A stretch of DNA of 63,068 nucleotides, filler included, from 4 parts of 4 records of this genome joined end to end with filler, not necessarily neighbours in it, one strand, 5' to 3'. Counted from the whole stretch's first letter, positions 11,689 to 22,756 are shown. The notes: a model not told the origin generated them from the letters alone. Program-made: numbers and translations.

Positions 11689-11701
11689 AAAATAACTAAC
11701 T

Positions 11702-12952
11702 ATGCGTTTTCTCGACTTAAAAATTAGAACTAAACTTTACTGGGCATTCACTTCGCTTATTGTTATTGCTCTTTTGCTGGGATTAAATTCCTTGTACACC
11801 ATGTATAAGTTTGATGGAGATGTTAAAGCATTAACTGAAGAGTTTTTACCCGAGTTGGTATTGGCAAACAACATCAGTGTTAAAACACAGCAGTTGGCTT
11901 TTAATATGGAAGGTTATCTTTCAACTGGAGAAGCTAAGCACTATCGGTTGGCAAAAACTCAGTTGGAACAATTAAAACAAACCATTCTAGAGGGTGAGGA
12001 TTTATTGGCAAGATCATCAAAGTTACAATCCTTAGAACAAAAACTTAGCGTTGCTCGAATGCACATTCCTCAGTACGAGCAGATCATGTTGTTGGCCTTC
12101 AAAACAAGTCAGGATGTTTCAATATTGAGATCACGTTTAGATCAAAATACAAATATCTTTACGGAGAACTGTAGAGCATATCGTGATGTTCAGAATGATT
12201 TATTACAACGGGAAATTCGTTCTGGGATAGTGCCTGATTCGAGACGATTGAAAATTATAGCCATTTCAAAACTAGTTGATACCAGTCTTGAAATTCAAAA
12301 AAATATCAATGAAGGACAGTTAACAAATAATTTAGAGTCTTTTGATCTGGCGCTATCTAAATTTGATGAAATAGATAGACTGATACGAATCATTACTCCA
12401 CTGACCCGAAGAGATGATAATAAAAAGCAGTTAGCTGCAATTAATGAAGTTGAAGACGAGTATCGATCAGGTTTGTCTGATTTAAGGCAAACTATTATTG
12501 AATTAGATGATTACGACAAGCAACATGAAAGCTTGTCTGAAAAGCTTGTAGAAAATGCAGCTGAGCTTAGAGATGCAGGTATTGCTGATGCTGCTAAAAC
12601 TTCAGATAGCTTTTCAAAAACAATTGTTGCATCAATAATGAATAATGTGATTGCTATATTTGTTGCAATAGCAATTGGCATTTTTGCATCTGTTTTTATG
12701 GCACGTTTAATTACGCGTGCTCTTTTCAAGGGTGTCGAATTTGCCAAGAAAATGTCTGAAGGTGATTTAACTGCCGAATTGGATATTAATCAGAATGATG
12801 AGATCGGAGAGTTGGCTCGTAATTTGCAACAAATGAGTGAGAAAATCAGGCAGATTATTACAGCTGTTACGGTTGCTGCAGATAATATGGCTTCGGCTAG
12901 TATGGAGCTTAGTTCAACTTCACAACATGTTTCACAGGGGTCTTCGGAGCAA
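11702..12952 (+). CDS. Methyl-accepting chemotaxis protein, 3' truncated at contig end
   Basis: Two transmembrane segments flanking a large helical periplasmic region, HAMP (GDLTAELDINQNDEIGELA), start of signalling domain (SQGSSEQ). Confidence 0.92.
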
Positions 12953-13052
12953 NNNNNNNNNNNNNNNNNNNNNNNNNNNNNNNNNNNNNNNNNNNNTTAA
13001 TTAATTAANNNNNNNNNNNNNNNNNNNNNNNNNNNNNNNNNNNNNNNNNNNN
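12953..13052. other. Artificial contig spacer
   Basis: 44 N + TTAATTAATTAA (stops in all six frames) + 44 N. Confidence 0.98.
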
Positions 13053-14013
13053 TTTATGGCAGGAAGGTCATACTGCTCATGCAACTCCAGAAGAAGCGCA
13101 AGAGGAAACAGAAAAGATGATAGGTGTATACAACGACTTTGCTCGTGAAGTATTGGCTATTCCTGTTATCGTTGGGCAAAAAAGTGAAAAAGAGAAGTTT
13201 GCTGGTGCTATGCATACATATACGATGGAAGCTATGATGCTAGATGGTAAAGCTTTGCAAATGGGTACATCTCATAATTTAGGTGATCATTTTTCTAAAG
13301 TGTTTGATATAAAATATTTATCCAAAGAAGGAAAACAAGAATACGCTCACCAAACATCATGGGGAACCTCTACTAGAATGATTGGTGGAGTTATTATGGT
13401 GCATGGAGACGAAAGAGGACTAAGACTGCCTCCAAAAATTGCTCCAACTCAGCTTGTTATTGTTCCTGTTGCTGCACACAAAGAGGGCGTAATAGAAAAA
13501 GCTAGAGAACTTTTTGACTCGTTAAATGCCGCTGGTGTTAGAGTGGATATTGATGAAAGAGATCAAAGTCCTGGCTGGAAGTTTAATGAGTGGGAAATGA
13601 AGGGTGTGCCTATTAGGCTGGAAATTGGACCTAGAGATATCGAAAAAGGCAATGTTGTGCTTGTAAGACGTGATACATGTGAAAAAGAGTTTGTATCAAT
13701 GCAAGGACTTGAAGATACTGTTAAAAACATGCTTGGTGATATCCACGAAAATATGCTTGCAGCAGCACTTAAGTTTAGAGAAGATAAAACAGTTAAAGCG
13801 GATAACTTTGATGATTTTAAAAAGGCCATTGAAGATTCTTGCTTTGTTAGAGCACCGTGGTGTAATGAACGCGAGTGTGAAGATGAGATTAAAGATAAAA
13901 CTGGTGCAACTACAAGATGTATGCCTATTGGTGAAGATACTAAGATTGGCGGCGTTTGCGTTCATTGTGGTAAACCAGCTAAAAAAGATATGTATTTTGC
14001 AAAAGCATATTAG
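13053..14013 (+). CDS. proS: Proline--tRNA ligase (archaeal/eukaryote-like type), 5' truncated
   Basis: LWQEGHTAHAT, ALQMGTSHNLG, QTSWGTSTRMIG, C-terminal zinc site and FAKAY end. Confidence 0.95.
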
Positions 14014-14026
14014 TTGAAAATATTAT

Positions 14027-14056
14027 ACAAAACACCCTTTGTTGGGTGTTTTGTTT
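14027..14056 (+). terminator. Intrinsic terminator after proS
   Basis: ACAAAACACCC-TTTGTT-GGGTGTTTTGT hairpin followed by T residues. Confidence 0.8.
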
Positions 14057-14096
14057 GACTATTTGGCTTACAAAAATAAGATAAGTATATTATTGC

Positions 14097-14125
14097 TTGC
14101 AAAAAAGAAGGATTTTTAATATACT
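14097..14125 (+). promoter_or_regulatory. Sigma70/A-type promoter for plsX
   Basis: TTGCAA-17 bp-TATACT; RBS GAGGG before TTG 14156. Confidence 0.6.
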
Positions 14126-14155
14126 ACTTTTGAGTATTGAAAAGAGGGATTAGCT

Positions 14156-15153
14156 TTGAAAATTTGTATAGATGCAATGGGTGGAGATAATGCACCAAAA
14201 GCCATAGTAGATGGTGCAGTTATGGCGATAAACTTGCTAAAAGATGTAACAATAATTCTAACAGGAAAAAAAGAAGAGATTGAAAATTGTTTAAAAGAGA
14301 GTAAATACGATCAAAAAAGACTTATTATTGTTGATGCAAGAGAGACAATAGAAATGGCAGAAAAGCCTGTTGATGCAATAAAGAAAAAAAGGATTCTTCA
14401 TTGGTTAAAGCTTTTGAGCTTTTAAAGTCAAAAGAATGTGATGTTGTTATTACATCAGGAAGCACAGGAGCAACACTAGCTGGTGCAACTTTGATTGTAA
14501 GAAGAATTAAAGGGATTTTAAGACCAGCACTATGTCCTGTTTTGCCTAGTGCAAAAAATCCTGTTTTGCTTGTAGATTGTGGTGCTAACGTAGATTGTAA
14601 ACCTGGTTATTTAAACCAATTTGGACAAATGGGTTCTATATATATGAATGCTGTTTTGGGCGTTAAAAATCCTCGTGTTGGGCTTATTAATAACGGAGCG
14701 GAAGAGGAAAAAGGAAATGCGCTTACAAAAGCGGCACATCAACTTTTAAAAGAAAACGATAAGATTAATTTTTCTGGCAATGTTGAGGGCAGAGAGATTT
14801 TGGGCGGTGACTATGATGTTGTTGTTGCTGACGGATTTGCTGGTAATATCGTTTTAAAGTTTATGGAAGGTTTAGCAACGACTATGATGGGAATGCTAAA
14901 AACTGAGCTAATGGCCGATACGAAATCGAAAATTGGCGCCTTATTAGCAAAACCAGCATTTAGGAGATTTAAAAAGAGGATGGATTATACGGAGCATGGT
15001 GGTGCACTGCTTTTAGGAATTAATGGTGGCGTTATTAAAACTCATGGTAGCTCTGATGCAAAGACAATATATTCTGCCGTAAAGCAAGCAAGAGAATTTA
15101 TTAAAAACGATGTGGTTTTAAAAATAAAAGAAGAGATAGTAAAACAAAAATAG
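14156..15153 (+). CDS. plsX: Phosphate acyltransferase PlsX (frameshift at A-run 14384-14390)
   Basis: IDAMGGDNAP, RPAL, DCGANVDC, NVEGR, DGFAGN, KTHGSS across ORFs 14156-14425 and 14401-15153. Confidence 0.93.
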
Positions 15154-15176
15154 TACAAATGTTGGAGGATAACATT

Positions 15177-15407
15177 ATGGTTTTTGAAAAAATTAGAAAA
15201 ATATTAGCAGATCAACTTGAACTTGAAGAGAGTAGCGTCAACTTAGATTCTAATTTGGTAGACGATTTAGGTGCAGATTCACTAGATATTGTAGAGCTTA
15301 TTATGGACTTGGAAGAATCTTTTGAAATAACAATTCCAGACGAAGATTTGCCAAAGGTTGTATGTGTAAAAGATGTTGTTGATTATATTGAATCGCAAAT
15401 AAAATAA
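15177..15407 (+). CDS. acpP: Acyl carrier protein
   Basis: DDLGADSLDIVEL phosphopantetheine site; RBS GGAGG before ATG 15177. Confidence 0.93.
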   Translation: MVFEKIRKILADQLELEESSVNLDSNLVDDLGADSLDIVELIMDLEESFEITIPDEDLPKVVCVKDVVDYIESQIK

Positions 15408-15408
15408 T

Positions 15409-15447
15409 AATTAGTCCTGTATCTTTTTTAGATACAGGATTAATTTT
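15409..15447 (+). terminator. Intrinsic terminator after acpP
   Basis: ATTAGTCCTGTATCT-loop-AGATACAGGATTAAT followed by TTT. Confidence 0.78.
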
Positions 15448-15542
15448 GGTTGAAATGAATAGTAGATTTTTATAATTGAACGGAGTATTATTGATTAAAA
15501 CTAAGCGGATGGTATGGTGCTAGTTTTAGTCAATAATAGATA

Positions 15543-16235
15543 ATGAATATGGTAGAATATAAACTTTTAGAAGAAATATTGGGCTATGAGTTTTATGATA
15601 AAAACCTTATAGCTACAGCACTTACACATTCTTCAGCTTCAAGTTCTAATAATAATGAAAGGCTTGAATTTTTGGGGGATGCTGTGCTTGACTTGGTTGT
15701 TAGTGAGTATCTTTATAAATCAAAGGATGGTTTTCATGAAGGTAAGCTTACAAAAACCAGAGCGGCTATTGTTAACGAAAAGGTTCTTTTCGAAATAGCA
15801 AAAAAAATAAACATTTCTAATTTCATTAGACTTGGAAAAGGTGAAGAAAAGGGTGGAGGAAGGTTTAAATCCTCTATACTTGCAGATTCGATTGAAGCTT
15901 TGATTGGTGCTATTTATATTGATAGTGATTATATAACGACTAAAGATATTGTCATGAGAGTATTTGGCGAAACTATTGAAGCTGTTTTGGCTGGTGGTGG
16001 GTTTAAAGACCATAAGACAAGATTGCAAGAATATTTTCATAAAGTGCCGAACAGTAAGATAGCATATATAGTATATAAGCAAAAAGGTCCACCGCATAAT
16101 CGCACTTTTTATGTTAACTTTATTGTTAACGGAAGCGTATGTGCATCTGGGTCTGGTAGGACAAAAAAAGAAGCGGAACAAATGGCGGCAAAAAAAGCCT
16201 TGAAAATAGTGCCTAAAAAATATAAACAGGAGTAA
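15543..16235 (+). CDS. rnc: Ribonuclease III
   Basis: NERLEFLGDAVL signature; C-terminal dsRBD GSGRTKKEAEQMAA. Confidence 0.95.
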   Translation: MNMVEYKLLEEILGYEFYDKNLIATALTHSSASSSNNNERLEFLGDAVLDLVVSEYLYKSKDGFHEGKLTKTRAAIVNEKVLFEIAKKINISNFIRLGKGEEKGGGRFKSSILADSIEALIGAIYIDSDYITTKDIVMRVFGETIEAVLAGGGFKDHKTRLQEYFHKVPNSKIAYIVYKQKGPPHNRTFYVNFIVNGSVCASGSGRTKKEAEQMAAKKALKIVPKKYKQE

Positions 16236-16243
16236 AATGATTT

Positions 16244-17479
16244 ATGTTGAATTTTGATGCAGTTAAAAAGGTAGACCAGCAAGTCTACGATAGTATGATG
16301 GATGAACTTAAAAGGCAGCAAAGTAATGTTGAGCTTATCGCATCCGAAAACTTTGTTTCGGAAGCTGTAATGAACGCTATGGGGAGTCACCTAACTAATA
16401 AGTATGCAGAAGGGTATCCTGGAAAAAGATATTATGGCGGATGCGAGTTTGTAGATGTTACTGAGAATCTTGCTATAGATAGAGCAAAAGAACTTTTTGG
16501 AGCAGAGCACGCAAATGTTCAACCTCATTCTGGTGCACAAGCAAATACTGCAGTTTACTTTGCTATGCTAGAGCCTGGCGATACAATCCTTGGTATGAAC
16601 CTATCGCATGGTGGACACTTGACCCATGGTAGCCCAGTTAATATTTCTGGTAAATACTTTAATATAGTACCTTATGGTGTTTCAGAGCAAGAAAAAACTA
16701 TTGATTATGACGAACTTGAAAAATTAGCAGTTGAATCTAAACCAAAGATGATTGTAGCTGGTGCAAGTGCTTATCCTAGAGCATTGGATTTTGAAAGGTT
16801 CTCTAAAATTGCTAAAAAAGTTGGCGCGTATTTGATGGTGGATATGGCTCATATTGCAGGTTTAGTTGCTGCTGGAGTACACGCTTCTCCTATTCCTTAT
16901 GCTGACTTTGTTACAACAACAACGCACAAAACACTAAGAGGACCAAGAGGCGGTATGATTCTTTGTAAAGAAGAATATGCAAAAGCTATTAATAAAGCAA
17001 TATTCCCAGGAACGCAAGGCGGACCGCTTATGCACGTTATCGCTGCTAAGGCTGTTTCGTTCAAAGAAGCAATGGGTGATGACTTTAAGGCCTATCAACA
17101 AAGAGTTGTCGATAATGCTAAAACTCTTTCAAAAGAGCTTATGGCTCTTGGTGTTGATATCGTTTCTGGTGGAACAGATAACCATTTGATGTTAGTAGAT
17201 TTAACTAAAGACGATATAACAGGAAAAGACCTAGAAGCTTGGCTTGATGAAGCGAATATTACATGCAATAAAAATACAATCCCATTTGAACAGAGAAGTC
17301 CATTTATAACTTCTGGTGTAAGACTTGGAACACCAGCCGTTACAACAAGAGGTATGGGCGAAACTGAAATGAAGAAAATTGCGCAGTTTATTAAAACGAT
17401 TATTGATTCTAAGGGTGAAAAAGCACCAGAAGTAAAAGAACAAGTAATCGAAATGTGCGGAGAATTTAGATTGTATTAA
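16244..17479 (+). CDS. glyA: Serine hydroxymethyltransferase
   Basis: [37 protein letters not shown]. Confidence 0.97.
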   Translation: MLNFDAVKKVDQQVYDSMMDELKRQQSNVELIASENFVSEAVMNAMGSHLTNKYAEGYPGKRYYGGCEFVDVTENLAIDRAKELFGAEHANVQPHSGAQANTAVYFAMLEPGDTILGMNLSHGGHLTHGSPVNISGKYFNIVPYGVSEQEKTIDYDELEKLAVESKPKMIVAGASAYPRALDFERFSKIAKKVGAYLMVDMAHIAGLVAAGVHASPIPYADFVTTTTHKTLRGPRGGMILCKEEYAKAINKAIFPGTQGGPLMHVIAAKAVSFKEAMGDDFKAYQQRVVDNAKTLSKELMALGVDIVSGGTDNHLMLVDLTKDDITGKDLEAWLDEANITCNKNTIPFEQRSPFITSGVRLGTPAVTTRGMGETEMKKIAQFIKTIIDSKGEKAPEVKEQVIEMCGEFRLY

Positions 17480-17865
17480 TTTTTTCTAGTGTATAATAAG
17501 GTTATATTGTAGTATAAAGGGCAGACCGAATGCCCTTTAGCTACATTTAATATAATAGTCAAATGGTTTAATTGGTAAGTGAAGAGTATCCCTTTTTATT
17601 CTATTATTTTAATAAGATAATATATTAAAAATAGATATTATAATGCTAATGATTAGTTGAAAACTTACTGTATCGCTTTGATATTTACATTTTTTAAAGA
17701 TGCTAAATAAGCTATTCGTAGTATTATTAAATGCTAAAATGCAAATGTTTGCGTGAATATAGTAAACAATAATCCTAAATGTTAGCATTTAAAAACATAC
17801 TTTTTAATTTCCATTTGTTGAAAAATTTAATAAATTGTAAACAAACATCATTATTTTTCGATGCA

Positions 17866-17901
17866 TTGACTTTGTATTTTAAACATGTTAGTATTACTAA
17901 C
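17866..17901 (+). promoter_or_regulatory. Promoter of acc/fab operon with overlapping 15-bp palindrome
   Basis: TTGACT-17 bp-TAGTAT with extended TG; palindrome GTTAGTA-T-TACTAAC (17887-17901) covers the -10 box. Confidence 0.6.
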
Positions 17902-17978
17902 GAGTTAAATGGTTGTTTTATTTATATTATTTTTTATACTGTTTGACTAATACTAATAGGAAAGGAGAAAAGTATTTC

Positions 17979-18401
17979 ATGAAGAACGAAGAGATTTTCG
18001 GTATTATTAATTATGTAAATTCTTTATTTTTCTCTGAGTTTGAAATGGAAACAGACGACATCAAAATTAGGATTAAGCGTGAAGCAGGCGGTGGCAATCA
18101 AGTTGAGCCATCGGCACAAGTTATACAAAAGCAGGAACAACCTACTAAAGTGGAAGATAACTTGCCTTCGGTAAAAGCACCAGTAACCGGTGTGTTTTAT
18201 AGAAGCCCTGCGCCTGGTGACCCAGCGTTCGTTGAAGTTGGCGATAAAGTACAAAAGGGTGACACTCTTTGTATTTTAGAAGCTATGAAGATGATGAATG
18301 AAGTTAAATCTGAAATCAGCGGTGTAGTAAAAGAAGTTTTGATATCCGATGGTGATTCGGTAGAAGAATCGGATGTTCTGTTTGTATTTCAAGGAGAATA
18401 A
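17979..18401 (+). CDS. accB: Acetyl-CoA carboxylase biotin carboxyl carrier protein
   Basis: EAMKMMNE biotinylation motif; RBS AAAGGAG before ATG 17979. Confidence 0.92.
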   Translation: MKNEEIFGIINYVNSLFFSEFEMETDDIKIRIKREAGGGNQVEPSAQVIQKQEQPTKVEDNLPSVKAPVTGVFYRSPAPGDPAFVEVGDKVQKGDTLCILEAMKMMNEVKSEISGVVKEVLISDGDSVEESDVLFVFQGE

Positions 18402-18406
18402 TTTAA

Positions 18407-19761
18407 ATGGATAGTGTATTAATAGCTAATCGTGGTGAAATTGCAGTACGAATAATTCGTACATGCAAAAAACTAGGAATAGAAACGATAGCTGTCTTTT
18501 CTGAAGCGGATAAAGGGAGTTATTATACTAAGCTTGCAGACCACGCTGTATGTATTGGTCCTGCAAAAGCAGAAAAATCATATCTAAATATAGATGCAAT
18601 TATGGCTGTTGCAAAGGTATATCAAGTTTCGGCTATTCATCCTGGTATAGGTTTTTATCCGAAAGCAGTGGATTTAGACGTGCTTGCGATAAAGAAGGTA
18701 TTGTGTTTATTGGTCCTGATGCAAAATCTATGGATCTGCTTGGTGACAAGGCTTGTGCTAGAACACTGATGATAAAAAACAATATTCCTGTTCCTGGTGG
18801 ATGTGATGGTGAAATTAAAGACTATGAACATGCGAAAAAAATAGCAGATGAAATTGGCTATCCTGTCATTATCAAGGCGTCTCAAGGTGGTGGCGGAAAC
18901 GGTATTAGAATCGTCCGTGATAAAAACAAGCTTAAGTCAGAACTTTCTATGGTAAAACAAGAAGCGCTTGCTGCTTTTGGCAGTGATAGTGTGTATATTG
19001 AAAAATACTTAGAAAACACAAGACATATTGAAGTTCAGATTCTTGGTGACAACTATGGTAACATAGTTCATTTTGGGACTCGTGAATGTAGTATGCAAAG
19101 AAAAAACCAAAAGCTTGTTGAAGAAGCGCCAGCTCCATTTATTGACGATAAATTACGTGATGATATTCAAAACACAGCAGTTAAGATTGCAAAAATAGTT
19201 GGATATAGAAATGCAGGTACTGTTGAATTTTTGCTTACCAAAGATAATGAATTTTATTTTATGGAGATGAATACAAGAATTCAAGTGGAGCACCCAGTAA
19301 CAGAGGCAGTTTACGGGATTGACCTTATCAAATGTCAAATACAATCGGCTATGAATCATAAGTTTGTTTTAAAACAATCTGATATTATTTCTAAAGGTCA
19401 TGCGATTGAATGCAGAATCAATGCAGAAAACCCGGACCTAGGATTTAAACCAAGCCCAGGAAAACTTAAAAAACTAGTTGTCCCTTGCGGACTCGGAGTG
19501 AGATGCGATAGTGGTTTTATCAGCGAAGATAAGATATCGCCTTTTTATGATTCAATGATTTTAAAGATTATATGTTATGGATCCGATAGAGAAGAAGCTA
19601 TATCCTTAAGTTTAGGAGCACTTGATGAGCTTTATGTTGATGGTGTGGATACCAATACGGAGTTTGCAAAGGCGATTTTGACCCATGATGACTATGTTAA
19701 TGGAGATATAGATACAAAATGGATTGAAACTAAGTTGGCTGTGCAACTTTTTGGAGAGTAA
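18407..19761 (+). CDS. accC: Acetyl-CoA carboxylase biotin carboxylase (frameshift at T-run 18652-18656)
   Basis: [14 protein letters not shown][F]LSE across the shift, [19 protein letters not shown]. Confidence 0.93.
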
Positions 19762-19763
19762 TA

Positions 19764-20579
19764 ATGGAACTATTTAATAATAAGGTATCAAAAAAATCAA
19801 ATCGCAAAAAAATTGTTGTCACTAACCTTACGTGTCAATGTGGAAAAGAGACATTGAATCAGCTAGTATATGCAAATCATTCCACATGCATTTATTGCGG
19901 TTATCTTTTTAAAGTGCCGGCTTACAAACGTATAGAATCTATAGTAGATGAAGGCAGTTTTAAAGAGATTTCTAAGGATGCTAAGAGCACGGATCCGCTT
20001 TCTTTTCCTGATTATAAAAAGAAGCTTGCAAAGGCTCAAAAAGCTTCTGACTTGCCTGAGGCAATAGTATGTGGTACATGTGAAATCGGCAATATAAAAG
20101 CAGGGCTTGCCGTTATGGATGCTCATTTTATGATGGGTAGCATGGGTGAGGTTGTTGGTGAAAAAATATGCAGACTAGTAGAAGTCTGTATAGAAAACAG
20201 ATTGCCTTTAGTTATTGTTTGTGCTTCTGGTGGTGCTAGAATGCAGGAGGGGATGATCTCTCTTTTGCAGATGTCAAGGACAACTATTGCGCTCAATAAA
20301 TTAAGTGATGCAGGTCTGCTTTATATCAGTATTTTAACGAATCCAACAACGGGTGGAGTAACTGCTAGTTTTGCGATGCAAGGTGATATTATTTTAGCAG
20401 AACCAAAGGCACTTATTGGTTTTGCAGGACCTAGAGTTATTCAGCAGACAGTGAATGATGTTTTGCCCGAAGGATTTCAAACCACAGAATATCTGCTTGA
20501 AAAAGGCATGATAGACGCTGTGGTTGAAAGAAAGGACATAAGGGATAAGCTAAAGCATATTTTGTCCCTTCATAGGTGA
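19764..20579 (+). CDS. accD: Acetyl-CoA carboxylase carboxyltransferase beta subunit
   Basis: SGGARMQEG, PTTGGVTASFA, GFAGPRVI. Confidence 0.94.
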   Translation: MELFNNKVSKKSNRKKIVVTNLTCQCGKETLNQLVYANHSTCIYCGYLFKVPAYKRIESIVDEGSFKEISKDAKSTDPLSFPDYKKKLAKAQKASDLPEAIVCGTCEIGNIKAGLAVMDAHFMMGSMGEVVGEKICRLVEVCIENRLPLVIVCASGGARMQEGMISLLQMSRTTIALNKLSDAGLLYISILTNPTTGGVTASFAMQGDIILAEPKALIGFAGPRVIQQTVNDVLPEGFQTTEYLLEKGMIDAVVERKDIRDKLKHILSLHR

Positions 20580-21406
20580 TAGCTATGCCTAACAAGAAAA
20601 AAATTAATGCTTGGAATTGTGTTCGAAATGCTAGAAAGCAAAACAGACCCCAAGCTAGGGATTATATTAAAGAAATAGTTGAGGATTTTTTTGAAGTAAG
20701 AGGCGACAGATGCCTTGGCGATGATGATGCGATTGTAACTGGGATTGGATTTATTGAAGAAGTAGCGTTTACTATTATAGGACAACATAAAGGTCATACA
20801 ATAGAAGAAAGAAAAGCATGTAACTTTGGAATGCCAAGCCCTGCTGGGTATAGAAAATCGATACGTGCAATTTCTCAAGCAGAAAAGTTTAAAAGACCAA
20901 TACTTTGTATAATAGATACACCTGGCGCTTTTTGCGGCATTAAAGCAGAAGAAAACGGTCAGGGTACGGTTATTGCTGAGCACTTATCACATATTGCGGC
21001 AGCAAAAACACCTGTTTTTTCTATAGTTATTGGAGAAGGCGGAAGCGGTGGTGCATTAGCTCTTGCTATATCCGATAAGCTTTTGGTTACTAAAAACTCA
21101 TACTTTTCTGTTATATCGCCAGAAGGCTGTGCTTCGATACTTTTTAAAGATTCGTCGAAAGCAAGTTTAGCGGCTAAGTCTTTAAACTTAACACCTGATG
21201 ACTTAATAAGGCTTAAGATTGCTGATTTTAAGGTAGATGAACAGGACGATTTTGGTGTGGATAATATGAGCTTTACCACAGATATAATAAAAGGTAAGCT
21301 AAAAGAGTATTTGTCTGAAACGAGTCAACTCAATGAAGATGATTTAGTTGCAAAAAGATATGATAAGATACTCGGTTTGAAAGGTTATAATTTAAGTGAA
21401 TATTAA
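20576..21406 (+). CDS. accA: Acetyl-CoA carboxylase carboxyltransferase alpha subunit
   Basis: IDTPGA, IGEGGSGGALA, SVISPEGCASIL. Confidence 0.94.
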   Translation: MIAMPNKKKINAWNCVRNARKQNRPQARDYIKEIVEDFFEVRGDRCLGDDDAIVTGIGFIEEVAFTIIGQHKGHTIEERKACNFGMPSPAGYRKSIRAISQAEKFKRPILCIIDTPGAFCGIKAEENGQGTVIAEHLSHIAAAKTPVFSIVIGEGGSGGALALAISDKLLVTKNSYFSVISPEGCASILFKDSSKASLAAKSLNLTPDDLIRLKIADFKVDEQDDFGVDNMSFTTDIIKGKLKEYLSETSQLNEDDLVAKRYDKILGLKGYNLSEY

Positions 21407-22385
21407 TAAGAATATTGAGTTTAACTCAAAAATTATCGGTGTTGCGAGTGTTTTGCCTGAAAAGGTTGTAACAAACGATATGTTAGCTGAGATAGTAGAT
21501 ACTGATGATAAATGGATAAGGAAACGCACAGGAATACGCGAGAGAAGAGTGGTTCAAAATGAATCATGTACATCTTTGGCGAAAGATGCGGCTTTGGGTG
21601 CTATAAAGCACGCTGGAATTAAGGCTAATGATGTGGATATTATTGTTGGTGCAACTGTAACCGCAGATTATTCTACACCTTCTATGGCTAGTTTGGTGCA
21701 AAAAGAAATTGGCTGTGAAAATGCCGTTAGCTTCGATGTTAGCGCTGGGTGTACAGGGTTTATTTATGCAGTTACTGTGGCAGCTTCTATGATGCAAAGT
21801 TTAAACTTAGAAACAGCTATTGTAGTATCTTCTGAAGTTTTAACAACAAGAGCAGATTGGGAAGATAGATCGACATGTGTTTTGTTTGGTGATGGTGCTG
21901 GGGCTGTTGTTTTAAAAAGAAGCGAAGATAGCTTTATTAAGCATCCTATACTAAATGCAATACCTGATACAAATGATGTTTTGTATATTAAAAACAAAAA
22001 GCAGAATAATCCGTGGAGTGACGTTGCTTATGATGATATTAACCTTGCTATGAACGGAAGGGATGTATTTGAGTTTGCATGCTTGGCTATGGAAAACACA
22101 ATAAAAGATTTGCAAAAAATTGCTGGTGAAGATAAAATTGATAAAGTTATCACGCATCAAGCGAATAGTAGAATAATTAAATTTGCTGCAAATAACACAT
22201 CAATAGACAGCGATAGATTCTTTATAAACGTGGATAAATATGCAAATACTTCGTCAGCAACGATACCAATAGCTTTAGAAGAAGCAAACGAAAATGGCTT
22301 TTTACAAAAAGGCGATAATGTTGCCCTTGTAGGTTTTGGAGCAGGGCTAACTTATGGTGGTATTGTAATAAAATGGGATATCTAA
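21396..22385 (+). CDS. fabH: Beta-ketoacyl-ACP synthase III
   Basis: RTGIRERR, AGCTGF, LFGDGAGA, HQAN, NTSSATIP. Confidence 0.94.
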   Translation: MNINKNIEFNSKIIGVASVLPEKVVTNDMLAEIVDTDDKWIRKRTGIRERRVVQNESCTSLAKDAALGAIKHAGIKANDVDIIVGATVTADYSTPSMASLVQKEIGCENAVSFDVSAGCTGFIYAVTVAASMMQSLNLETAIVVSSEVLTTRADWEDRSTCVLFGDGAGAVVLKRSEDSFIKHPILNAIPDTNDVLYIKNKKQNNPWSDVAYDDINLAMNGRDVFEFACLAMENTIKDLQKIAGEDKIDKVITHQANSRIIKFAANNTSIDSDRFFINVDKYANTSSATIPIALEEANENGFLQKGDNVALVGFGAGLTYGGIVIKWDI

Positions 22386-22451
22386 AATAGATATTTATTA
22401 AAAGTAAATAAGCTTTTAAGCTTAAAATAAAAATTATTAGGAGAATTTAAA

Positions 22452-22673
22452 ATGAAAGAAAAAATTATTGAAATCTTAGTGGACCAATTGGACTTGGACA
22501 GAGACGAGATCGTTGAAAGCGCAAGCTTTGTTGATGATTTTGAAATGGATTCATTAGACATGATGGAACTTGTTATCGAGATGGAAAAAGCTACTGGTAT
22601 CAAGATTGAAAATGAAAAACTTGTTGATATTAAAACAGTTGGCGATCTTTATGCATACGTTGAAGGAAAATAA
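22452..22673 (+). CDS. Second acyl carrier protein (fab operon)
   Basis: 73 aa acidic protein with DSLDMMELV; RBS AGGAG. Confidence 0.9.
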   Translation: MKEKIIEILVDQLDLDRDEIVESASFVDDFEMDSLDMMELVIEMEKATGIKIENEKLVDIKTVGDLYAYVEGK

Positions 22674-22756
22674 GTCTTTATTGTAGCACTAATTAACAAG
22701 ACTGAATATCGATTATAGTTTATAAAAGTTAGTGCTGAAAAGATGAAAGGAATAGT

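Noticed and set aside
14384-14390. Programmed ribosomal frameshifting or phase variation at A-runs (plsX, cheW, M16 peptidase)
   Set aside because: The same -1 homopolymer lesion occurs in about ten unrelated genes in different organisms; sequencing error is far more parsimonious.
16244-17479. glyA following rnc in place of the more usual smc-ftsY
   Set aside because: Ordinary synteny variation among housekeeping genes; no evidence of a functional link.
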